Part shown: one piece after another, positions 52,180 to 63,689 of the stretch
Layout: every line of letters starts with the position of its first letter
Position numbering within the stretch: position 1 is the stretch's first letter
Notes under the pieces: model-generated
What the model was told of the DNA's origin: nothing
Seen by the model: the letters and a program-made list of their open reading frames with translations, nothing else
Databases searched by the model: none
Translations under genes and position numbers: made by a program
NCBI GenBank assembly: GCA_963779615.1
Contig: CAVZZA010000004.1
Span: 1-64,000 of the forward strand
DNA length: 64,000 nt
From: an uncultured Nitrososphaeraceae archaeon
Lineage (GTDB): Archaea > Thermoproteota > Nitrososphaeria > Nitrososphaerales > Nitrososphaeraceae
Direction: 5' to 3'

Positions 52180-55100
52180 CTATTGTATATAAATTGCAGG
52201 TTTAAATGGTCTTGAATGCTTTGATTTTTTGTGAGGATCTAGAATTCCATCCTGGTCTTCTTTGCATATTAATATATTGTCAGATGAAACATCATACTCG
52301 GTTGATAAGAGTGAAATAGCGTCAAGTAACGGTTTAGCCTCATCAAATTTGCCCATGTTGTGTCTTCTTTCTCTGTCTTTGGGAGTCAAAGAAAGAATGT
52401 CGTCAATTGTTTTTTTTATAAAGTCGGTATTGTTTTTTATGACGCCTCTTAAGTTATCATCATTATGTGAGTCAGCCAATAGCGCTTTCATTACTTCCCC
52501 AAAGTTTTTATTTTTATTTTGAGAATTTAAAAATAGCTTTAAAACCTTATAATATAAATAAATTTTATCCCCCGACGGTAAATATACATATATTTTGTTA
52601 ATCTTGGTGTTTTTTGTTATCTTTACTATTTTGTTTATATCATTTATTATATTTGAAATAAATTGTTCATTTTCGTCATAAACGTTATCGTTTCGTAAAT
52701 TGCTTTCGGGATATGGCCATGGACTGTTAAAAATTGAATCATTGTTACCAAATGTATGCCATAACTCTTCTGAAAGAAAAGGACAAAAAGGAGACAAAAT
52801 TTTGATTCTATTTATCAGGTATTTGTAAATTACAAGAATGTCTTTATTTTTTTTGTACAGTTTTCCGATTTTTGCAAATTTTCTTTTTTTATACCAATCA
52901 AAGTCTTTGTCCATCAAATATAGAGCAGCATTGAGAGCCTCTCTAATCTTTAATCTCTCAAAAGAATTTGTAATTTCAAATGTGTTAAGTTTTATCCTAC
53001 TTAACAACCATTCGTCCTCCATATCCAAGGTCTCAATTTTAGTAACTTTATTTAGGAAGTCGGTATCCAAAAAGCTATTAATTAAGTCTTTGTTGTCATT
53101 ATAGAATAAATTGCAAAAATGATATATTTCGTTTAATTTGGAATGTATTCCCTTAAGTGTTGAAAACGAAAAGTCAACATCCTGCAACAATTCGCCCAAA
53201 ACCAGCATCGCGACCCTTATTGAATCTGCGCCATATAGCTTGATTGCTTTTCTCAACGGTATTATATTTCCCATAGACTTGGACATTTTTTTCCCATCCA
53301 TCAAAACAGAGCCGTTTACGACAATTTGTTTAGGCCAATGTTTTTGAGGAAGCATGATGGAATGATTGAAAATAAAAAAGGAAAGGTGATTTGGAATAAG
53401 GTCTCTGCCCGAATGCCTGGAGTCCAACGGGTAGAAATACTCAAACTCTCTTTTTATCTCAAACGATAGGTTTAAAAAGTTCTTTAAATGGTCCATATCG
53501 AATGTTCCGTTCTCATTTTTTTGAAAATCCTCATTTGGGACTAAACTGCCATCTTCGTTTATTTTTTTAAAGTTTTTATCTCTTTTACTATATAAAACAT
53601 AATCGAAGAATGAGTCATCTATCAGGGTATCATATTTTTCCAAGTCTTTAGTGTTTACATATTTTGAAATAGTGTAGTAGATCATGTAAATTACTGAGTC
53701 AGACAAGCTTTCAATAATCCAATTCTTATCCCAGGGCAGCGGTGTTCCGAGTCCAGACTGCCTTGCGCACGCTCTCTCCCTTAACCAATTGAATACGTTC
53801 TCAAATTCCACTACGATTTCATCTGGTATCACCTCCATTTGCTTTAAGCATTTAAACGCTAATGCTTTCCACCTACTGTTGCCATAATTTATGAACCATT
53901 GATTATTGAGAACCTTTACATAACAAAGAGTACCGCATCTGCAATATACGGGTTTATTTGTTAACTCATAAAAAATTATTGAATTATTTGAGCTTAATAG
54001 TGTTCGTTTGACACTTTCTCTGGCTTTTGCAACAGCCATTCCTGTGTATGGTGTTTTATCATTCATAATTCCCTCATAAAATTCAAAACCGTATAAATCA
54101 GAGGTTGCCTTTTCCAAATTAGGATCAGATTGATCTTTGATAGAATATTTATTCAAGAAAAATAGTGATGGTGCAAAATCAAGGGTTCTACCATTAAAAC
54201 CTGGTTCCTTTGCTTGAGACTTTAGTCTATCAAAATCAAAATTAATTGTTTTTATAGGCTTTATGTTTTCAACAACTGTTTCTTTAAGCATAGGATCGCC
54301 TGATTTCTTAATGTCAAGCAACGCTTGCATGTCAAATGGTGCATGGGCTGGCACTGACATGACTATTCCACTTCCATCGTCCATACTAACAAAAGTTGCT
54401 GGCAGAACAGGTATGAGGGAATTGGTTATAGGGTTCTCAACCTCTCGATCGACTAGTCCCGAACCATTAATTTCACAAATAATTTCTGTTTCATAGTTTT
54501 GAAATTCCAATTTTTTTGCGGCAGTTTTACTTACAATCCACGTCTCATCATGATTTACTACAACCTTGAGATAGGGCTCCTGACTATTAACCCATAAATT
54601 AGTGGCACCAAAAATAGTCTCTGGTCGCAAAGTTGCCACAGGCAAAAATGTCTTTTCATCTGATAATTTAAACTTTATTAATGTGTATTCTGAAAATGAT
54701 GGCTCAATGTCTCCTAAAGTGTCATGTTGGCTTACAGGATTCCTGTCATTAGGACACCAACCGACAGGGTGAGACCCCTGTTCTATTACACCCAGATTTT
54801 GCAGTGTCTTGAACTGCCATGAGATAAACTTTTTGTATAAAGGATCAATTGTAGTAAATTCTCTTCTCCAATCAATAGAATAACCCATTTCAATCATTCC
54901 GGATTTGATTTCATTATGAAAATATTTCGCTATATTCATTGGATCAGCAAAGGAGTCAATTGTGTTCTGGTCAATCGAATATATTTTTTTAAAATTATCA
55001 ATTATTTCCTTGTCTTTAGATTGTACCCTTTTTGACATTCCCAGTATTGGGGTGCCCGTATAATGGAATCCCATCGGAAAAAGAACATTGTACCCTTTCA

Positions 55101-55350
55101 ATTTGTAGTATCGAGCATGGACATCTGCCAAAGTGTAGGTTCTTCCATGTCCAATGTGTTGAGGGGAATTTGGGTATGGATAAGCCACAGTAATGAAAAA
55201 CTTTTCCTTGGAATAATCAAGATCAGAATTATTTATTTTATTTTTAGCCCAATAGCCTATCCATTTTTCTTCAATTAGATTCCAAGTAACTTCACTATTT
55301 TTTTTAAAATTATCATTATGTTCAGAATCAGGAGATAATTTTGTGAGCAT
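52180..55350 (-). CDS. leuS: leucine--tRNA ligase (archaeal type)
   Basis: AYPYPNSPQHIGH, ATLRPET, MSVPAHAP.D, KMSKS. Confidence 0.97.
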   Translation of the reverse strand: MLTKLSPDSEHNDNFKKNSEVTWNLIEEKWIGYWAKNKINNSDLDYSKEKFFITVAYPYPNSPQHIGHGRTYTLADVHARYYKLKGYNVLFPMGFHYTGTPILGMSKRVQSKDKEIIDNFKKIYSIDQNTIDSFADPMNIAKYFHNEIKSGMIEMGYSIDWRREFTTIDPLYKKFISWQFKTLQNLGVIEQGSHPVGWCPNDRNPVSQHDTLGDIEPSFSEYTLIKFKLSDEKTFLPVATLRPETIFGATNLWVNSQEPYLKVVVNHDETWIVSKTAAKKLEFQNYETEIICEINGSGLVDREVENPITNSLIPVLPATFVSMDDGSGIVMSVPAHAPFDMQALLDIKKSGDPMLKETVVENIKPIKTINFDFDRLKSQAKEPGFNGRTLDFAPSLFFLNKYSIKDQSDPNLEKATSDLYGFEFYEGIMNDKTPYTGMAVAKARESVKRTLLSSNNSIIFYELTNKPVYCRCGTLCYVKVLNNQWFINYGNSRWKALAFKCLKQMEVIPDEIVVEFENVFNWLRERACARQSGLGTPLPWDKNWIIESLSDSVIYMIYYTISKYVNTKDLEKYDTLIDDSFFDYVLYSKRDKNFKKINEDGSLVPNEDFQKNENGTFDMDHLKNFLNLSFEIKREFEYFYPLDSRHSGRDLIPNHLSFFIFNHSIMLPQKHWPKQIVVNGSVLMDGKKMSKSMGNIIPLRKAIKLYGADSIRVAMLVLGELLQDVDFSFSTLKGIHSKLNEIYHFCNLFYNDNKDLINSFLDTDFLNKVTKIETLDMEDEWLLSRIKLNTFEITNSFERLKIREALNAALYLMDKDFDWYKKRKFAKIGKLYKKNKDILVIYKYLINRIKILSPFCPFLSEELWHTFGNNDSIFNSPWPYPESNLRNDNVYDENEQFISNIINDINKIVKITKNTKINKIYVYLPSGDKIYLYYKVLKLFLNSQNKNKNFGEVMKALLADSHNDDNLRGVIKNNTDFIKKTIDDILSLTPKDRERRHNMGKFDEAKPLLDAISLLSTEYDVSSDNILICKEDQDGILDPHKKSKHSRPFKPAIYIQ

Positions 55351-55463
55351 TAACTTTAAACAATTGATTATGGGCTATTATTTAGTTTATCCATCATTTT
55401 TTAAATTATGCATAGACATTCAAATAACATTTTTTCAGAAAGGATTGTCCGGTGAGACTCGCA

Positions 55464-56303
55464 TCAATAACTATATTTTATTTGTATGCTTTTATCTTTG
55501 TCTAAAATACCATTTATTTTTGCTAGTTCAAAGAGTTTGGAAATCGACCTTTTTCCCTCTAATTTCATTTCAATTGTAAAATCATTGACATACATTTGAA
55601 TGAACTTTGTGAGTATGCTTTTAGGGGCATTTCTGCCATATTTTGAAGAAAAATCTACAGCCTCATCTAAATGGTTTAAACTATATTTTATTGAACGCTT
55701 TAATAAATTGTCAAATTCAATTATCTGCATGGAACTTAAATGCTGAGAGCTGGCAACATTTATTCCCAGTGGAACCGGCAAACCCCCAGTTTTATCATTC
55801 CACCAATTTCCCAAATCAAATGTTTTGGTTAGATGCAAATCTGAATATGCAATTTGTGATTCATGAATAACCAAACCAAAATCAATTTCCCCGCGAATTA
55901 CAGCATTTGGAATTTCAGAAAAAAGCATCTCCTTACAGTCTAGTTTACCTAAAGCTATAGACATCAAAAGATATGCAGATGTCATTAATCCAGGTATGCC
56001 AATTACTCCTTCCTGTATTTGCCCAATAGAATTTTTTTTTGATACTATTATTGGACCGTAGCCTATTCCAAAACTTCCTCCGGTGTTTAAAATAACATAG
56101 TCTGAAGTATAGGCATAGGCATGTGCAGATATGGCAGTTATTTCTAATTCGTGATTTAAGGTCCTTTTATTTAATTTTTCTATGTCCTCAATCACATGCT
56201 CGATTAGGAAATCCCCAGTTGAAATTAATCCTGTTTCTAAGGCGTAAAACATGAAAGCATCATCCGAATCTGGTGTATGACCCACCTTTATTTTTAAAAC
56301 CAT
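55464..56303 (-). CDS. mqnD: 1,4-dihydroxy-6-naphthoate synthase (futalosine pathway)
   Basis: GHTPDSDDAFMFY, G.GYGP, IHE.Q, DLG.WW..TGGLPVPLG, MYVN. Confidence 0.9.
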   Translation of the reverse strand: MVLKIKVGHTPDSDDAFMFYALETGLISTGDFLIEHVIEDIEKLNKRTLNHELEITAISAHAYAYTSDYVILNTGGSFGIGYGPIIVSKKNSIGQIQEGVIGIPGLMTSAYLLMSIALGKLDCKEMLFSEIPNAVIRGEIDFGLVIHESQIAYSDLHLTKTFDLGNWWNDKTGGLPVPLGINVASSQHLSSMQIIEFDNLLKRSIKYSLNHLDEAVDFSSKYGRNAPKSILTKFIQMYVNDFTIEMKLEGKRSISKLFELAKINGILDKDKSIQIKYSY

Positions 56304-56480
56304 AACGTGAACAATTTTTTAGTATTACTATGTTAATTATAAAAGTTAAAAATTCTTTCGAAAATCTGCTTAACATTACATCAAACGTTATATATAGAGT
56401 TGCAAAATCGGATATATCTGTCATAAACAATACAGCAAGGAACGTTTAATAACCCAAAAAAGTTTTTTTTGAATTGTACC

Positions 56481-58685
56481 ATGCCGAAGTTTAAATCGAC
56501 TCAAGATATCGTTAGAATTATAGGAAATAGAGACCAAGTAAGAAATTTTGGTGTAATTGCTCATGTAGACCATGGGAAAACTACTATGAGTGATAGTCTT
56601 TTAGCAGCATCTGGAATTATCTCTCCAAGTGTTGCAGGACAAGCCCTAGCCCTTGATTCTATGAAACTTGAACAAAACAGACAGATGACAATTAGAGGGG
56701 CAAATGTCACTTTATTTTATGAAAATGAAGATGGTAAAGAATATGTTATAAATATGATTGATACTCCCGGACACATTGATTTTACTGGGAGGGTAACAAG
56801 AGCTCTAAGGGCAATAGACGGCGTGGTTGTTGTTTCTGATTCAGTGGAGGGAATCATGACTCAGACAGAAACCGTAACTCGTCAGGCTTTAGAGGAAAGG
56901 GTCAGGCCTGTTCTATACATTAACAAAATTGACCGATTGGTAAAAGAGTTGAGACTAGATCCTGCAGCAATGCAGAAATGGTTGGCGAACATCATTGCTG
57001 AATTCAACAGACTTGTGGATTTGTACGCAGAACCTGAAATCAAAGACAAATGGAAGGTTAGTATTCAAGGGAATACCGTCGCTTTTGGTTCAGCAAAGGA
57101 TAGGTGGGGATTTAACTTCAATGTGGCGCAGAAAAAGGGAATAAGCTTCAAAGATGTCTATGACGCCTATACATCGACTGACTCTGGTGCCATAAAGAAA
57201 CTAGCTGAAAGGGCACCTTTGCACGATGCGGTACTGGGAATGGTTGTGCAACATCATCCGCCTCCCCACGTTGCCCAAAAATACAGAATACCAAAGATAT
57301 GGCCAGGTGACCTTGATTCTGACATTGGAAAATCTTTGTTAAATTGTGATGAAAAGGGTCCTGCCTTAATGATGGTAACCACAATAAATGTTGATCCGCA
57401 AGCGGGTAGGGTAGCTACCGGTAGACTATTCTCTGGTACTATCAAAGACGGTGATGAGGTATATTTGATAGATTCCAAAAGAACTGGAAAAGTACAGTCT
57501 GTCAATATTTACATGGGTAACACTCGGGAAGTGGTAAATGTTATACCTTGTGGAAACATTCCTGCTTTATTGGGGCTAGACTATGCAGTAGCTGGAGAAA
57601 CAATTTCCACGGTTAAAAACGTCAATCCTTTTGAATCCATTAAGTATGTTTCTGAACCTGTCGTTACAATTGCTGTTGAGCCTAAACACCCCAAAGATCT
57701 CCCTAAACTTGTCGAAGCATTGCGAAGGATAACCGTGGAAGATCCCAACCTGATCATCAAGATAAATGAAGAATCAGGAGAAACATTGATGGCTGGGATG
57801 GGAGTGTTACATCTTGAAATCGCCACCTCGTTGCTCCTAGAGGCGGGCTTAGATATCAAAACCACACAACCATTAATCAACTATAGAGAAACAATAAAAG
57901 GTAGAACAGGGCCACTGATGAGCAAATCGCCAAATAAACACAATAAAATTTTCATGAGGGCAGAACCCTTAAGCGAAGAGGTCATTGAAATGATAAAGAC
58001 AGGAAAGTTGCATGAGGACATGGATAAAAAGGAATTATCAAGGTTATTGAGAGAAAAGGGCTGGAGCACCGATGAGGCAAGAAGTGTAGTGACTGTGGAC
58101 CGCAGTGGCAATATGTTGTCGGATGAAACTAAAGGTGTTCAATTTATCCAAGAGTCTATGGATTCAATAAAGTCCGGATTTGATGATGTCATCCATTCTG
58201 GTCCTATAGCGCAAGAATCTGTGAGAGGATTGAGATTTGTATTACATCACTTTGTGCCCCATGAGGACCCTGCGCATAGAGGTCTTGCACAATTGTTGCC
58301 CGCCACAAGAAGAGCAATGCTCGGTACTATGTTAATGGCCGACCCTGTTCTGTTGGAACCCATATTGGGAATAGAGGTAAAATGCCCCCAGGAACAAATT
58401 GGAACAGTAGCAGGAATTCTGTCAAGCAAGAGGGGTAAATTGTTAAATGTTGACCAAAAAGGAATAATTGCAATTATTTTAGGTGAGGTTCCAGCCTCGG
58501 AAACATTTGATCTGTCCGAATTGATGAGGGGTGGAACCGCCGGAAAGGCTATGTGGAGCACGTATTTTAAAACATGGCAGCCAATACCACAATCAGTTAT
58601 CAAAACTACGGTTGCAGACATTAGGAAAAGAAAGGGATTAAATCCAGAAGCACCATCTGCTGACGAATTCATAGATAAGGAATAG
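56481..58685 (+). CDS. fusA: translation elongation factor aEF-2
   Basis: AHVDHGKTT, DTPGH, NKID, diphthamide motif HEDPAHRG; ATG at 56481. Confidence 0.98.
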   Translation: MPKFKSTQDIVRIIGNRDQVRNFGVIAHVDHGKTTMSDSLLAASGIISPSVAGQALALDSMKLEQNRQMTIRGANVTLFYENEDGKEYVINMIDTPGHIDFTGRVTRALRAIDGVVVVSDSVEGIMTQTETVTRQALEERVRPVLYINKIDRLVKELRLDPAAMQKWLANIIAEFNRLVDLYAEPEIKDKWKVSIQGNTVAFGSAKDRWGFNFNVAQKKGISFKDVYDAYTSTDSGAIKKLAERAPLHDAVLGMVVQHHPPPHVAQKYRIPKIWPGDLDSDIGKSLLNCDEKGPALMMVTTINVDPQAGRVATGRLFSGTIKDGDEVYLIDSKRTGKVQSVNIYMGNTREVVNVIPCGNIPALLGLDYAVAGETISTVKNVNPFESIKYVSEPVVTIAVEPKHPKDLPKLVEALRRITVEDPNLIIKINEESGETLMAGMGVLHLEIATSLLLEAGLDIKTTQPLINYRETIKGRTGPLMSKSPNKHNKIFMRAEPLSEEVIEMIKTGKLHEDMDKKELSRLLREKGWSTDEARSVVTVDRSGNMLSDETKGVQFIQESMDSIKSGFDDVIHSGPIAQESVRGLRFVLHHFVPHEDPAHRGLAQLLPATRRAMLGTMLMADPVLLEPILGIEVKCPQEQIGTVAGILSSKRGKLLNVDQKGIIAIILGEVPASETFDLSELMRGGTAGKAMWSTYFKTWQPIPQSVIKTTVADIRKRKGLNPEAPSADEFIDKE

Positions 58686-58696
58686 TTTTTCCCTTT

Positions 58697-59650
58697 TTAT
58701 TTTTTAACGCTGCACGATTCTACATATCTTTTCTTCAATACTTTAGCCATAATTACAATAGAAAGGGTCAATAGTGGTATACTGATAATAACAAATATTA
58801 TTTGGTATACGCTTAAATAAGAAAAAGTGATTATGGAGCTGAATCCTGCCAAAGAATAAAAGAAACTTCCTGCGCATGTAGGACAGCCAACAAATAAACC
58901 TGAAGACATTCCCAAAAAACTAAAAAAACTCCTTTTAGATAGTTTCAGCGATTTGATTTGCTTTAGTAAAAAAATATTAAAAGTTACGTTCATTCCGACT
59001 AGAACGGAAATTACAATACCCAGAAGAAAATTAATAGGAATTATCAGAAATGAGAAATTACTATTGACGGAAAGTATTATCATTGGGACATAACCTAGAG
59101 AATTGCAGCAAATTATCAAATTATATTTAGGGTAGTGGTGAACTACTGAATTCACTCCATCATTCTTATCGTTAGCATTGTGTTGGTGATTATGTAAAGT
59201 GGAGCTTGTATTATGTGGTTGTTGACTTTGTGTATTGAAAACAGAAAAAACTGTGCCATCATTGTTAAAAAAAATGAAGATGTTGGAAAGAAACCCGAAA
59301 AAAAGAAAATAAATTGTAGTTGTGACAATAAAAAGTGTTTTATAATTTTTTTTTTTAAAAGATGATTGAACGTAATAAATCAGTTTTGAAGGGTTTGATT
59401 CTTGGTATTTTTTTGAAAAAAAGGCCTTTTTTATCCCAATTATAATAAAAGAGACACAAACAAAAAAAGCCGACAAAACCATTACAGCAAATACATAAAG
59501 GGAGTGATTAATGAAAACCTCATTTTCTGGTGATGTGTTCCTGGAATAAACATACAGGATCAATAGTGAGGATAATCCACTTAATACTGAAAGTAAAATT
59601 CCTTTTCGGTAATTCAACGCACCTTTTTTATCTTTATCAGTCATCATCAA
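58697..59650 (-). CDS. multi-pass membrane protein with His-rich loop and CC / CPTC motifs
   Basis: About 6 TM segments; HNHQH, ICCN, GCPTCAG. Confidence 0.75.
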   Translation of the reverse strand: MMMTDKDKKGALNYRKGILLSVLSGLSSLLILYVYSRNTSPENEVFINHSLYVFAVMVLSAFFVCVSFIIIGIKKAFFSKKYQESNPSKLIYYVQSSFKKKNYKTLFIVTTTIYFLFFGFLSNIFIFFNNDGTVFSVFNTQSQQPHNTSSTLHNHQHNANDKNDGVNSVVHHYPKYNLIICCNSLGYVPMIILSVNSNFSFLIIPINFLLGIVISVLVGMNVTFNIFLLKQIKSLKLSKRSFFSFLGMSSGLFVGCPTCAGSFFYSLAGFSSIITFSYLSVYQIIFVIISIPLLTLSIVIMAKVLKKRYVESCSVKK

Positions 59651-59760
59651 AATAATTGAACTATAAAATAAGAGTTTTTAATAAATTTTTTTTTAATATG
59701 TGTCAATATTTGTAGTGATAATCAGAAGAAAAATGAGCATATGCTTTGATTTTGCATATT

Positions 59761-60855
59761 TCAATCAACAATGTTAAAAAATGTGTCTCTTTGTACAGGA
59801 TTTCTACCTATTTCTTTTACTAAAAATTTTAGTTCTGCTGAGGAAGTTTGATTGGATTTTCCAGCCGCCTTAAAAATCTCTTCAGAAAATGCAGTTCCAA
59901 CCAAATCATTTCCACCATAACAAAGTGCAACCTGAGCTAATTTCTTTCCCAAAGCCACCCAATAAACGGATATGTTTTTTAAACTTTTATAGAATAGTAG
60001 CCTTGACAATGCAATTATCCTTAGGTCATATGTAGATGGGCTCTCTGCTGTCAAAGTGTGTTGTTTTTCTAACTCCGTGTTTTCCAAACTAAATTTTAAG
60101 GGAATAAAAGTGGTAAAGCCATTGGTTTTTTTATTCAGCTCCCTTAGTTTTATTATGTGGTCTACTATGTCTTCAGGTTTTTCTATATGCCCAAACAGCA
60201 TTGTGCAATTACCTCTCAAGCCAATTGTGTGGGCTTGATAAGCGGTATCAAGCCATTCATCTCCAGAGCATTTGCCAAGAACTATTTTATCCCTGGTATG
60301 TTTGTTAAAAATTTCTGCACCCCCACCTGGAAGCGCATCAAGACCGGCAAGTTTTAATCTTTCAAGGACTTCTTTTACCGAATTTTTTGTAACTTTGGAA
60401 ATAAAGAATATTTCAGCAGGCGTCAAGGCTTTGATGATGGTTTTAGGAAACCTTTGCTTTATTGATTTGAACATGTTTTCATAGTAATCAAGGCCAAGTT
60501 TTGCATTAAAACCACCAACAATGTGTAGTTCGGTAGCACCTAAATCGTTAACTGCTATTTCAGCTCTTTTAACAATTTGCTCAGGAGACAGGGTATATGC
60601 GTCATCATCTTTTTCTTTTCTGTAAAATGCGCATAATTGGCAACTGGCTGCACAGATATTCGTATAGTTTAAGTAATATGATGAAACAAAACTTACGTTA
60701 TTTCCAGTCAAGTCTTTTCTTAACTTGTCTGCGGCGGCTCCCAATAGAAATAAATTTTCTTCATTTATCAATTCTAATCCATCACTAAAATCCAGTTCTT
60801 CACCAGCAAGAACTTTTTCAAGAGATGCGGTAGGTTTGATAGTAGTTTTAGACAA
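59761..60855 (-). CDS. mqnE: aminofutalosine synthase (CofH/MqnE radical SAM)
   Basis: NYTNICAASCQLCAF, ELHIVGG, LPGGGAEIF, TMLFGHIE. Confidence 0.8.
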   Translation of the reverse strand: MSKTTIKPTASLEKVLAGEELDFSDGLELINEENLFLLGAAADKLRKDLTGNNVSFVSSYYLNYTNICAASCQLCAFYRKEKDDDAYTLSPEQIVKRAEIAVNDLGATELHIVGGFNAKLGLDYYENMFKSIKQRFPKTIIKALTPAEIFFISKVTKNSVKEVLERLKLAGLDALPGGGAEIFNKHTRDKIVLGKCSGDEWLDTAYQAHTIGLRGNCTMLFGHIEKPEDIVDHIIKLRELNKKTNGFTTFIPLKFSLENTELEKQHTLTAESPSTYDLRIIALSRLLFYKSLKNISVYWVALGKKLAQVALCYGGNDLVGTAFSEEIFKAAGKSNQTSSAELKFLVKEIGRNPVQRDTFFNIVD

Positions 60856-60980
60856 TTTATTATTATTATTGTTTAAAAAATATAAGTGCTTTTAAATCCG
60901 ATCTGGATCTATGGTTGTTGGGCCAAAAATACTAGATCAAAAAAAGATTAAATTATAGCAAGGTTAAGTGTAATTGTTTC

Positions 60981-62109
60981 TTGCAAAACATCCAACTTGT
61001 AGATAGCTATTTAAAAAATTCTGATCTCGATAATACAATAAATAATGTATTTAAAAATAATGACATAAAAATAAATGATTTAATTGAACTTTTAGAAACA
61101 AAAGACATACAGCATCTGGGGTTAGTAGGTAACTATCTTAGAAATAGTCTATATGGAAACACGGTTACCTTCATTAATAATTTAATTCTTAACTATACCA
61201 ATGTATGTATCACATACTGCAAATTTTGTGCCTTTTATAGGCCACCAAATCATGAAGAGTCATATACAGTGTCTTTGGAAGAAATATTAAATAGAATCGT
61301 TTTTGCAAAATCAAATTATAACATAAAACAAGTGTTATTTCAGGGGGGACATAACCCAAAGCTAAATATTGAGTACTTTGAAGATGTTTTCAAAGCAATA
61401 AAAGAAAAGTGTCCTGATGTGGCCATTCATGGGTTATCAGCATCAGAAATAGATATGATTTCAAAGGTAAACAGATCAAGTTACAATGGAAGTTTTGCAG
61501 AGATTAAAAAAAGCAGGATTAGACAGTCTTCCAGGTGCCGGAGCAGAAATCCTGGATGATGAGGTTAAAAAAGTTATCAGTCCATTAAAAATATCCAGTG
61601 ATACTTGGTTAAGAATAATGGAAGAGGCTCATAGCTTGAATATTAAGTCTTCTGCTACAATGATGTATGGAACCGTTGAAACCATTGAACACAGAGCGCG
61701 TCATCTAATAAAAATACTAAATTTGCAAAGAAAAACAAGGGGCTTTATGGCCTTTATCCCTTGGAGCTTTGAACCCAATAGAACAGAGATACAGGATAAA
61801 GGATTAGTTTCACATGCTCTAGGTGGTTTTGAATTATTGAAAATGATATCTGTATCAAGGATAATTTTTAATGGGTTGATAGACCATTTGCAATCCTCAT
61901 GGCTTACCAATGGTGTTGGAATGGCGCAACTAGCAATATTTCACGGCTCGGATGATTTTGGTGGAACATTGATTGGGGAAGAGGTGGTTAGTGCTACAGG
62001 TGCTCGTTCGACGGAATTATTGTCTGGAAATATCATAAATTCGATTAAAGCAATGAACTTTATTCCGGCTGAAAGAAACAATAATTATGAAATAGTAAAA
62101 TACTACTAG
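60981..62109 (+). CDS. mqnC: cyclic dehypoxanthinyl futalosine synthase (radical SAM), one frameshift near 61480
   Basis: NYTNVCITYCKFCAF, FQGGHNP / LPGAGAEIL, AFIPWSF, LQSSW; two overlapping ORFs join if one T is removed from AGTTACA. Confidence 0.85.
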
Positions 62110-62220
62110 TGTTTATGAATGTGATGCTTTTAGCAGATTTGTTGACAACTGCCTAAAAACAGAGTTATTGAACAACACTATAAATAGATTTATAAACGTA
62201 TTTGCCTAAAACTCATAACT

Positions 62221-63619
62221 GTGCCAGTAGGTATAGACGACCTGGCTATCTATATTCCGAAGCTTTATATCGATTACAAAGACTTTGCTGAAGCAAGAGG
62301 CATCGATCCCCAAAAACTAGAATACGGAATTGGAATAAAAAAGATGGCCTTGGTAGATGCTAATCAGGATCCAGCATGCATGGCTGCAAATGCATGTATA
62401 AGAGTGATGAAAAAAAATGATTTAAGTCCACAAGACATTGGCAGGATTTATGTAGCAACAGAGTCATCTTTAGACGAATCAAAAGCTATGAACTCGTTTG
62501 TAATTGGAATGCTAGAACAAGTCTATGGCGAAGATTCATTAGAGCATGCAGGTGGGATAGAGTGCAAGTTTGCATGTGTTAGTGGCTCTTACGCCCTTTA
62601 TGACAATGCAAATTGGATAAGAGCGGGTGAAAATGGAGATAAATCTGCAATAGTTATTGTTAGTGATATTGCAAAATATGACATTGGTTCTGCAGGTGAA
62701 TATACTCAGGGGGCTGGTGCTGTAGCTTTACTGATAAAAGATAATCCAAGATTGTTAGCATTTGATGACAAAGTGACATCAACAATAATAAAAAATGAAT
62801 ATGATTTCTATAGGCCGTTTGGAAAAGAAACACCACTTGTCAATGGAATGTACCTCTAACCTACTATACCTCATTCAGGTAAGAAAAGCGCTTGAAGCAT
62901 ATAAAGAAAAGGCATTAAAATCAGGATTTATAAACCTAAAAAAAGATGAGTCCATTATAGACTATATCGATTACATAAACGTACACTTACCATATAAAAA
63001 AATGGGTGAAAAAGCATTAGCTTACTTATTAAGGCATGAATGGAGAAATTTGTCAAAATGGAAAGATATGATCTCCCAAATAAAACAAAATGAGCCTGTG
63101 CCTAAAGACCCGAGGGGAACTATCGAATCAATATTGGCCGATACAGAATTTATGAAAGCAGATGAGAAGTTTAGAAAAGCCTTCATAAAAACAAATGATT
63201 TCAAGGAAACCTATGATAAAAAAATGTCATCCTCCTTAGAGGCATCAACCATAATAGGGAATCTTTACACAGCTTCGATGTATATGGGTTTTAGGAGTTT
63301 GGTAGAATTTGAATACATTAAAGGGATGGATCTTTATGGCAAACGAGTAGGGTTCGGATCATATGGGAGCGGATGCAGCGCAATGGTCTTCTCTGGAGTA
63401 TTTCAGGAAAATTATAAAGAAATAGCAAGCAGGATGGATTTGGATAAAGAAATAGGTCCGAGAACAAAAATATCAATAAGCGATTATGAAAAACTGCATA
63501 ACAATACCAAAAAATATAGTGAAGCATTTTCTAACGCAGAAAATGAATTCATTCTGGTAAGAATAGGTGGAAATACGGCAGACAGGGCTGGGTTCAGAGA
63601 ATATAGCTTTGCATCATAA
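62221..63619 (+). CDS. hydroxymethylglutaryl-CoA synthase, one frameshift near 62850
   Basis: ATES..D.SK, catalytic KFAC, EYTQGAGA, DFYRP / HLPY, GNLYTAS, SYGSG; ORFs join if one C is removed from TACCTCT. Confidence 0.9.
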
Positions 63620-63689
63620 CCGTATTGTAGAAATCGAATCCTTCAATTTTAACTAATACGGATAATACTTTATTTTTATCTTGTCTCTT

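Noticed and set aside
61470-62860. Programmed ribosomal frameshifting in mqnC and HMG-CoA synthase
   Set aside because: No slippery heptamer at either junction; a single duplicated base explains each
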